Shown here in pieces: positions 55,400 through 64,000 of a stretch of 64,000 bases of DNA. The position numbers were made by a program, and so were the translations under genes. Below the pieces are notes generated by a model. The model made no database searches, was not told where the DNA came from, and saw only the letters and a list, made by a program, of their open reading frames with translations. This DNA is from Flectonema sp. DT1601 (taxonomy: Eukaryota). Location: positions 186,001 to 250,000 of the forward strand of contig OZ025793.1 of assembly GCA_964019425.1 (NCBI GenBank). Direction: 5' to 3'. Every line of letters begins with the position of its first letter. Position 1 is the stretch's first letter.

Positions 55400-55831
55400 C
55401 TACTGCTTTGATGAGGCTTTGAGCATGCGTTCGATTTCAGCCTTAAAGTCTTCCTGGACTTGGACGACAACTTTTTTTTGTTTTTCATGTGCTTTGTTTG
55501 TTGCTTCGATTTCCTTGTCTACAGTCTTAATTTCATTGTTGATGTATTCTAATCTCTTGCTGACGATAGCCTTAGCGTCTTCGACATCCTGACTGACGAG
55601 TGCGGGTCCAATTAATTTATAAACTTCAGCTCCTTCTTCCATGACTTCCATTTCATTGTTCACCATCTCGTTTTCTTGCTTTTGGAGTTGAAGTTGTTGC
55701 ACCTTGTTCTGAAGCTTTCCAATCTTTGTCTGCATATCTCTCAATGACGTGCTCTCAGCATTCATTTTCTTCTGATAAAAGACCTGCCTCTCTTGAGGAA
55801 GCGGGTTCACCGGCTGCGGTTGCTGAGCCAT
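55400..55831 (-). CDS. PFDN6: Prefoldin subunit 6
   Basis: QKQENEMV..VYKLIGPALVSQDVEDAKAIVSKRLEYINNEIK matches the PFDN6/YKE2 pattern. Confidence 0.92.
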   Translation of the reverse strand: MAQQPQPVNPLPQERQVFYQKKMNAESTSLRDMQTKIGKLQNKVQQLQLQKQENEMVNNEMEVMEEGAEVYKLIGPALVSQDVEDAKAIVSKRLEYINNEIKTVDKEIEATNKAHEKQKKVVVQVQEDFKAEIERMLKASSKQ

Positions 55832-56132
55832 TTCCTTATCTTGATCTGAATTATATAAAGTAACATAGATAATAGTAACTTCACATTGTTAATAAATTTT
55901 AAAACAAATAACGAATTGTCCATATACCGCCATATCCCCCAACTGTATAACGGGAATGATTATTTTATATACCACAAGAGACTTTCCTTTACATACACTT
56001 CGTGTAGCAGCAGGCTGCTGTTTTTACCAAACAGAAAACAGTAACGTAACCAAACTGAGTGTATTACAGTTGGTGATTAATGAGTAAAGCGATCACGATA
56101 GCTGTCCTTACTCAACACCACTCTCTATTGAA

Positions 56133-58512
56133 CTATAATGGCGTGACTACTACCAAACCTCCAGGGCATGCAGTCGCTAATAAATGCGCGTTAGGTCCTC
56201 CGGGTGCGAGTTCAACAACGTGCGAGTTCGAGTGATTCACAAGACCATTTAAGGTACCTGTTTCATTACGATATTCTTCTGCAGCGTCTGTTTTTTTTGT
56301 ATTTTTTTTTTTTTTTTTTTGTATGAAAATTAAAAGTGTTCAAAATAAAATAAATAAAATCAATACCCTCGCTAACATCTGTAATTATATTGAGTGACAC
56401 TCTCGGAGGATCCTCAGCAGTCTTCGGTAAAGACCAATTCACATCTCTTATAATAAGAAGAGAAGTGTCTTCTGTGAATGCGAATGACGCCCTACCGTTC
56501 GATTTATTCGAGCTACCTTTTGCATAACAACAGCAAGACGCTAAATTCCAAGAAGATTTTACATCAGTTGTACGACATCCCTTACATGAACGTTTACCAG
56601 ATCCAAACATCAATGCTTGCTTAGCCCATCGCAAGATGCCAACCATGCCGTTTGATGAGACGTATGCGAGGAGAGAGTCGGACTTTGGTCGGACAAATAG
56701 TCGACCGGTGACACCAGAAAGTCGAAGACGTCGCTTGTGACTGACGACGTCTCTCCGTCTCTCATCTGTGATGTAGCTCATGTTCTGAATACCAGATTGT
56801 AGTTCAGAAGAATGTTTTAATTGAAAAGTTAATGAATCCTCTTTACCAAAAACAGAAATAGTTCCATCATCAAGACCAACAATAAGAGTACCATAACTAG
56901 TAGTGACCGTTGATGTTGGTAAAGACTTACCTTTACAAACAGTATGCGCTGGTAAAACGTGACCAAGTCCAACTTGAGTCATGTCTACTAGTCTAATTCG
57001 TTTATCAGAAAAACATCTGACGGTCATTACGTCTGTTTTTACGATTCTAACATTCTTATGATCAGGTGCGAATAATCTAAACTTTCCCAATCGATCTCGA
57101 CAGGTAGATTCCCAATTGTGAACAGGCATTTTATGATTAAAGTCTGCACAAGAATCATCACTATCATATCCAACAGCTGCTACTGAGTCAGTATACCACA
57201 TTGGAAGTATTAAGATTTCCTTAACTAACCCTGACACACACTGGAGTCTAATGTGATTCGTAACAAACATATGTGGACTTCCATCAGATGAGGTGACGTA
57301 GACACAACTGACGTCACCATTAGCCATTCCACAGTACAATGATATCTCTCCTTTCTTAACATGCCATGTCACACAAGTGAACGGACTTTCACATTTATCA
57401 TGACAAGTAGCGTATGGTGAGAGTTTACCGTGTGAGTCAGTCTCTCGGGGTGCCCCATAAATTGATACGTGACTGTGACTGGTCACCACTGCAAAGATAC
57501 CAACTCGATTGTGATCTGCTGATGCTGGACAAAATCGGTTCAAAAGTATCGCTGCGTTAGCCTCTTCCGAATCCTTCCCCCACCACTGAATATCTCTTGG
57601 TTGCCATAAGTCATCAGCAGCATTATTAAGTTTTGGTAACGTCAATTCAAATGTCGTTGGGCTAATGTTATCATCAGCGAGGTTCTTCTTATCAAATCCA
57701 GCTGTCGGACCTGCTGGAACCGCAATTTTCCACATTTGAATAATTCTTGAAAACAACGCACATTCTTTTTGTTTAACTTCTGTTGTTCCTTCTTGATAAC
57801 AACGTCCGTTTTCTGTTGCACCAATAACTATCTCAATAGGGACTCTAGTACCTTGTATAAGTAAGTATCTATATGGGTGAGTGTATGACTTTCCGTCAAT
57901 AGAACCGAACATTGTAGGACACCATCGTATTTTATTTATAAAAGGGATTCCAGTCGCTAAAAAGTTAGTTGGTGGTTGTGGTTCGTCTTCTTCTTTAATT
58001 TCTGAGATCATTCTGGTCATAGGTTTCATGGTTGTGGTTGGTGGTGATAATAAACTGCTGGTTAGTGACACCTCTGAGTAGAATGACTGAAGTGAGTCTG
58101 TTATTGGATGGGTGCATTCCTCTATTACGGGTGTGCATGCAGAAAATACTTCTTGTTGGCATTGCAACTCCGCCTCAACAGCAGCAATTTTCGACAAGGG
58201 ACAAGATATAGCCGCGTTATTACTTTCGTCAGAGCTATCGCTGTCATCGTCGTTGTCATCATCGTTGCGCTTTCGTTTTTCCCGTTCAGTTTCTTCCTTT
58301 TTCTTCGCAGGTTTTTTAGGCGTCTTCACTGCAGCTTTCTTCTTTGGTTTTGGTGATTCCGGCTCACTTTGTACAGGTTTACTTTTTGATTTTTTTGCTG
58401 CAGGTGCTGACTCTTCCTCTTTCTTTGCTTCTTTTTGTTTCTTACTCGCAGGACTGTCCTTTTTCAGCGCGGCCTCCGACGGCTGCTTAGCTTCAACGAT
58501 TTCCTCTTTCAT
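56133..58512 (-). CDS. WD40-like protein with Lys-rich N-terminus, possible TFIIIC Tfc6/GTF3C2 homolog (2 exons)
   Basis: Intron 56288-56366 (GTATTG..A-rich..AACAG) extends the frame to HLLATACPGGLVVVTPL*; IRWCP, IQMWKI, DIQWW, TCVTWH and C-terminal blade patterns resemble Tfc6/GTF3C2. Confidence 0.6.
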
Positions 58513-59340
58513 ATCGCCACCCTAAATAAAATGGAATCTTGTTAAAAATAAGATAATAAAAAAAACGTCTTTATAGCAATACGCATCCATATCGTAGGCA
58601 ACCTGTTTATGGTAAGCAGTACGACTCGTGTTATACGATCCGATAAAACGATACAAAAAGATTAAATTGTCTAATAAAAAATAAAAAAAAAAAATGGGGA
58701 CGAAGGAAATAATTCTACGGGATTGAACAATGAAAACAAGAGGGGGGTTTATGTTTTTTTTTTTTTTTTTTTTTTTTTGTGCAAGTAAAAATTCACTCTT
58801 TGAGTTAATATATATGTTACAATCCTCTTAGTTAGTTAGCGAGTCCGACATACAATCGAGTACCGGTTAGATAGACACAACAGGGTAGAACGGTGGTTGA
58901 CCACCTGTGAGTCTCCAATACAACAACATTGTTCAATACATGTTTAAAGGATGGTACAGGAAAAAAAAAAAAAACATCATTTTTTTATCGTCTGCAATAA
59001 AGATCTATAAAAAAAAAAAAGGAGAGGGAAAAAAGAAAACTGCCAAAATTAACAACGGGAAATGGTTTTTTTTTTTGGGGGGGGAAAAATGAAATGAAGA
59101 GCTCAAGAGTAAGCACTTCATAAATAAAATTAACAGCAAATAAGAACACCAATAATTCTCCTTAAATGAATATACTTTCAGACAAAGCGAATAATGATGT
59201 GGAGGAGGATCTGAATTACCTGTCCCCCTTATGGATTAAATACAAAAAGAAATGAAGAGAGAGAATAAATAAAACACAATAACAATTGGACATCAGTAAT
59301 CCAAATTTTTTTTTTTTAAAATCAACTACAGCTAACGTAT

Positions 59341-62300
59341 TTACATATGCCTCGGTGAAAGTGACGAGTCTTTAACAGAACTTAAACAGGCGATGACGCA
59401 GTTTACGTCTCCTGTGGCAATAGCTGTTTCAAGATCGATTCCTGGTGAAGATGATTTTTGATCACGTGGAGTGATGCATTCTAAGACAGCATTGACTATT
59501 TGATTGCTATCACGAGGAGTTCCTGGTGGGATGTCATTGAGCATATCGGCTAGAGTTCCGATAGACATTCGACCAACACTTCTTGACAGTACAGACAGTC
59601 GAGGTTCGAAATCCGTTGAATCATCAGGCAGAACTTCAGCTAACGTCCTAAAATCTTCAACAAAACTCATTCTCGTTGGACTTTCTGGAAGGCTAAGTTC
59701 GATACAACCCGGTGTGCTACATTCTGTCATCTCTGATTCTGTATCAGTTATCTCTGTCGTCCTTAAAATCATACTTCCAAATTTCTCAACAGGACAACGA
59801 CTTGCTCTCAGTTGTGCGATTGTTGTCGTACCCTCAACAGTTATTGAATCAAAACTACAATTATCAGCAGGTTGTATTAAAGGTGAATCGATGTACTCAC
59901 TTCTCTGATCATCATCAGAGAAGTCTAATTCGATCATTACGTTACTCAGAAACTCTTCAGAGTTGCCCTGAGAATGCTTTGATCTGCGTGTTAAATATCC
60001 TCTAGTGATCTTCTGAATTACTGTGGCGGATTGTTTTCGTAATTTCAAGTGTTGATGTTGTTTACGTGAGAAGTGAACTCGAGCCATCTTTTGAATTGTG
60101 ATGGCGGCAACAGATGGAAGCATTTGTTTGACCTCCTCAACAGAATTAGAGTCGCTGTCAGTATCCAGATCAGACTCTAAAGTAATATCACAAACCTCTC
60201 TATGAGGAGTGTGGTTTACAGGAAGTGGGGTAAGATCTGGAACTGGATCCAAACAAGCTTCTTCAGTTCTCGCACTTTGAGGAGAGACAGCTAACTGAAC
60301 TACTGTTGGAGCAGCTTTTCTACGTCTGCTGATGGGAACTGTTGTTGTCGTCGATGAAGGTTTTGAAGTTGGTTTTCTCTTCGAGTTCTTCGCAGACGTT
60401 GCTTTGCTAAAAAAGCGACGTTTTTTCTCTTCTTCGACTCGAGATTCGACAGCACAGGATTTGCGACGTCTCTTCTCATCAGAGATCTTCCCTTTGAGTT
60501 CATTGAGACCAAGTTGTTGAATCTCATCACGGCAACGCTTCTCATCCACAAGTAGCTTTCTGTGTTTTGCTTTGGTTTTGAGATCGGCGTTTGAGAAACT
60601 CCTCGTAGACTTCTTCTTTAATAAAAGCTTCGCAGAAACTCGCTTCGCCAGAACACATCTCCACAAACTTTGTATCTTTATGTAAGCAGTCAGTAGCTTT
60701 GCAGACTTTCTTCTTCCGAAGAACCCTCTCGTGTTACGTTGGATTGTGATGGATGCATTGCGTTGCTTTGAGAGTTTGTTTTTTATGTTTTTAGCGACAA
60801 TAATTCTACCCAGGCCCTGAAGTACAACACAGCTAGTTAACAGAGCATTCTTTCGTCTGATTGCAATCTGCATGCGGAAAGTACTCTGAATGGTTGTTAC
60901 CGATTTCTTAATTAATGAGAATCGAGTTCGGCAGATCCATCCCTTCGTGTGTGTTTGAATAATGAGAACAGCTGATCGGAGGGAGTTGTATTGCTTACGA
61001 TTAATCATTTTTCTGAAATGGCTTTGAATTAGAGTAGCCTTCTGTACCTTAATGTTTGATTCTCGAATATTATTAACACAACCCCTTGATAAATATGATC
61101 TCACATGTGATTGACATCTTATTATCTGGAGTACAGCTTTGTTGTATTTCATTGTTTGAGACCAACGACGATAATTCTTTTGAATTGTTACACAACTCTG
61201 ACGTTGTTTTTTATAAAGATTCTTACAAGCGAATCCTCTGCAAATTCGTTGGAATACAGATATTGCTTTTAGAGTATTGGAATACCGTATTCTGGATAGC
61301 AGCATTTTAAAATTTGATTGAATGATAATAGCTGCTTTCTCTTGTGAATGTTTTATCATCGTTGCTTTAGCGTGTTGATGGTTTTTGACAAGTCGTTGGA
61401 TGAGTATAACGGATGAGATTTGTTTCTTAAAAATATTTTTTACTAAAAACATTCGGACAGCACTCTGAATAACAATTGCTGACTTCAACTGAAAACGTTT
61501 TGAAATCCACAACCTGACGTTAGACTGAATGAGTTTTGCCATTCTTGTTCGGATCGTTATCTTACTTCTCACAGCTCGTTGGATTATTACACAACAGTGA
61601 AGCTCTTTCGATTTTTTACAAAGAATTTTTCTTGAAAAAAACTGACGAGCAAGTCTTTGAATCACAGTTGCCGCATTATTACAAGCTTCCTTCATAAGAA
61701 AGAATTTCTTAACTTGTTGACGAGATCTGACGAATGATTGAATGACGTTTACCGCTGTTACTTTAGGTTCGATGAGTCGTTCTCTAACAAAACGCTGAAT
61801 AGCTACAGACGCTGCGTGTTGTTGTGCGAACTGAATTGCAACTGATGGAAGAGGTCTGACGGCGGTGATGGTGACGATCTCAGTTTCTTTCAACCACTTT
61901 TTGACATATCTCTGAATTCTAATAACAGCTGTCGTCTTCTTTAACAATTCATCAGCTAGTAGTTTCCTCACTTTATTTCCTCTAAAGACCTTTTGTACTA
62001 CTCCAACTGAGCGAATTGTTGAACTGAACATCTTCCTCACCTGCAGTCCTCGAAATACCTTTTGAATAGCAACGCAGGCTGATGCTCTCTGAAGCAATTT
62101 ACTTGAAACTAATTTCCGTGCAATCATGCAACGAGTTGCTTTCTGAATTATAACACACGCGGATTGTTGATTACTTTGCGTTAGCTTTCTGTTAGCAATT
62201 GATTTGAGAGTGATCATACTCCGTGTTGCTTTTTGAATTTTAATACAAGCTGCGATTCTCTTATTTTTATAAAGCATTAATCTGACTGATCGTTGTAATA

Positions 62301-63672
62301 TTCTAACAGATCGGAGGGATTGAAGTGTCTTTACTCTTTTACGAGATAGGAATCCCCGAATGTGTTTTTGAATTCGCACAGCCATCATTTCTCTTTTACT
62401 TTGCAACAGCAACGCAGCTTCCAAACGCTTCGTTTTTTCAACTGCTTCTGTCCTGAAAGCTCTCTGTATGACTATAGCAGCATCACTTCTCACAGTTGCT
62501 GTGTGTGAGAGGTGTTTACGAACCGCTCTCTGGATTGTAATGGATGCAGAAACACGTTTGTTGGATTTCAAAAGTTTTCTGATTGCTTTTTGAATGATGA
62601 CAGCAGCGTTAGTCGTGACGGTCGTCTGAGACCTATTTTCCCGATTCAAATGATTCTTAACGGCTCCCATAATTAGAAGACTCGCTGATCGTCTTCTTTT
62701 TAATGTCGACTGATGTTGTTTTCTACTAAGAAATCCTCTGATGGTACTCTGGATTAGAATTCTGGCAGCAATTCTCTTTTTAATGCAACGAGCTATTCTA
62801 ACTCTGAATGACGCCGTTTTAATAAATGACAATATTGTGTTGTAGGAACTGATTAGGTTATCATGGTGCATTCTCCACCATCTCTGAAGGGTTATTACAG
62901 ATTTCTGTTTTTTCTGATTGTGAAGGAGAGAAAGGTGTGAACGCATTACCTTCTGAATAATCATAGCAGCATTAGTCCTCATTATTAAATCATGATGAAT
63001 TCTCTTAGCGAGGACACCTCTTCGAAGTGTCTGGAGACGGATTACGTGAGTCAGTTTGTTCACAAAACGTTTTGCTAAAAAACTGCGAGCATGTTTTTGA
63101 ATTTGAATTGCACAGCGTGATTCTTGAAGTAGCTTTGAAGTCACTTTACGACATTTTGACCCTCTTCGAATTGCCTGCATACGAATAACAGTCGGCTCGA
63201 CAGATGGATTTGAGATCTTTTCCTCAGAGCCGTTGATAGTTTCAGAAGCATACTTTCTACGATACAGTTCTATAGATATAATAAATGAACTAATAATTAA
63301 ACCACCCACTGCTTGCATAATCCACTGTGTTAAAGGATTACTTGCTGGTTGTGCTGGTGACTTAATTTCCTCATTCAAGTTAGACCCAGTCTCTGATACG
63401 TTTTCAACAACTTCACTGATGACTTTCTCTGTGAAGGTTCTTAACCATTTCTTTATTGTGTGTCTTTGACTGATTTTCATTTCGAATTCATCTCTCATTA
63501 ACTCATCGAGTTCAGTTTCCGTAAATTGCATAACATCATTGAGGGTAAGCCCTGTGTCTTCTAATCGAGTATTAAACCCGTCAGTTACGTCACATCCAAC
63601 AGTTGAATTTATCATCCCTAAGATACCAACTAACAATATTAACATCCATCTGACTGACCACATCTTTAACAA
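59341..63672 (-). CDS. Poly-IQ calmodulin-binding protein (ASPM-like IQ tract) with signal peptide, SAM-like segment and TM helix
   Basis: 1443-aa ORF; many IQxxxRxxxxR motifs; hydrophobic N-terminus; TM-like WIMQAVGGLIISSFIISIELY followed by RRK. Confidence 0.85.
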   Translation of the reverse strand: MLKMWSVRWMLILLVGILGMINSTVGCDVTDGFNTRLEDTGLTLNDVMQFTETELDELMRDEFEMKISQRHTIKKWLRTFTEKVISEVVENVSETGSNLNEEIKSPAQPASNPLTQWIMQAVGGLIISSFIISIELYRRKYASETINGSEEKISNPSVEPTVIRMQAIRRGSKCRKVTSKLLQESRCAIQIQKHARSFLAKRFVNKLTHVIRLQTLRRGVLAKRIHHDLIMRTNAAMIIQKVMRSHLSLLHNQKKQKSVITLQRWWRMHHDNLISSYNTILSFIKTASFRVRIARCIKKRIAARILIQSTIRGFLSRKQHQSTLKRRRSASLLIMGAVKNHLNRENRSQTTVTTNAAVIIQKAIRKLLKSNKRVSASITIQRAVRKHLSHTATVRSDAAIVIQRAFRTEAVEKTKRLEAALLLQSKREMMAVRIQKHIRGFLSRKRVKTLQSLRSVRILQRSVRLMLYKNKRIAACIKIQKATRSMITLKSIANRKLTQSNQQSACVIIQKATRCMIARKLVSSKLLQRASACVAIQKVFRGLQVRKMFSSTIRSVGVVQKVFRGNKVRKLLADELLKKTTAVIRIQRYVKKWLKETEIVTITAVRPLPSVAIQFAQQHAASVAIQRFVRERLIEPKVTAVNVIQSFVRSRQQVKKFFLMKEACNNAATVIQRLARQFFSRKILCKKSKELHCCVIIQRAVRSKITIRTRMAKLIQSNVRLWISKRFQLKSAIVIQSAVRMFLVKNIFKKQISSVILIQRLVKNHQHAKATMIKHSQEKAAIIIQSNFKMLLSRIRYSNTLKAISVFQRICRGFACKNLYKKQRQSCVTIQKNYRRWSQTMKYNKAVLQIIRCQSHVRSYLSRGCVNNIRESNIKVQKATLIQSHFRKMINRKQYNSLRSAVLIIQTHTKGWICRTRFSLIKKSVTTIQSTFRMQIAIRRKNALLTSCVVLQGLGRIIVAKNIKNKLSKQRNASITIQRNTRGFFGRRKSAKLLTAYIKIQSLWRCVLAKRVSAKLLLKKKSTRSFSNADLKTKAKHRKLLVDEKRCRDEIQQLGLNELKGKISDEKRRRKSCAVESRVEEEKKRRFFSKATSAKNSKRKPTSKPSSTTTTVPISRRRKAAPTVVQLAVSPQSARTEEACLDPVPDLTPLPVNHTPHREVCDITLESDLDTDSDSNSVEEVKQMLPSVAAITIQKMARVHFSRKQHQHLKLRKQSATVIQKITRGYLTRRSKHSQGNSEEFLSNVMIELDFSDDDQRSEYIDSPLIQPADNCSFDSITVEGTTTIAQLRASRCPVEKFGSMILRTTEITDTESEMTECSTPGCIELSLPESPTRMSFVEDFRTLAEVLPDDSTDFEPRLSVLSRSVGRMSIGTLADMLNDIPPGTPRDSNQIVNAVLECITPRDQKSSSPGIDLETAIATGDVNCVIACLSSVKDSSLSPRHM

Positions 63673-64000
63673 TTACAGTCAGAGCAGCAGGAAAAACTGA
63701 TTAGGGGGTGAAGTTAATTTTTTTCAAAAAAACAAAAAAGAACAAACAAACAACTATTTTTAGCTTTCAGTCAACACTTTTTTTTTTTTTTTTTTTTTTT
63801 TAAAAGTTAAGCGTAACGTGTTGGTAGTAGTATGTAATTATCTCGAGTACGGGGGGGGAGTCGGAGGGGAGGGAGGGAGCAGTGACGTAAGGAATAGAAA
63901 GATGTTACAACGCCTTGTGTAGTAATTCTCCTTACGAACTCAATAAGATGAGATGTGGAAGTCTACTCACATAATTCCTCTCTTATCAGAATTCACTTCT

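Overview
Eukaryotic nuclear DNA, most likely a euglenozoan and probably a diplonemid. Evidence: every credible gene is on the minus strand, pyrimidine-tract/AG trans-splice-like acceptors sit just upstream of ATGs, short GT-AG introns have A-rich 3' ends, and an LSU rRNA fragment carries euglenozoan-type motifs. The left flank (1-9.2 kb) holds an SIS sugar-phosphate isomerase, a PfkB kinase and a 1900-aa SHIPPO-repeat protein. The right flank (53.9-64 kb) holds COMMD3, prefoldin 6, a TFIIIC-like WD40 protein and a membrane-anchored poly-IQ protein. Between them lies a ~44.4 kb near-identical tandem array (one 6.4 kb unit, then ~9.6 kb units). It carries 5 copies of a GC-rich membrane-anchored pseudo-chitinase (truncated GH18 lacking the catalytic Glu, variable-length Pro/Thr stalk, CBM1-like module) and 4 copies of a secreted Cys-rich protein, the last with patchwise divergence. 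The most unusual feature is the array scaffold: a ~638 bp module with TG...CA ends and a short terminal inverted repeat, possibly holding a 2-intron minigene on the opposite strand. It recurs as full, truncated and split copies alternating with unrelated cargo: intact genes, broken gene 5' ends, structured RNA-like segments and, at the right border, an LSU rRNA piece. No transposase, RT or TSD was found, so the mechanism is inference only.
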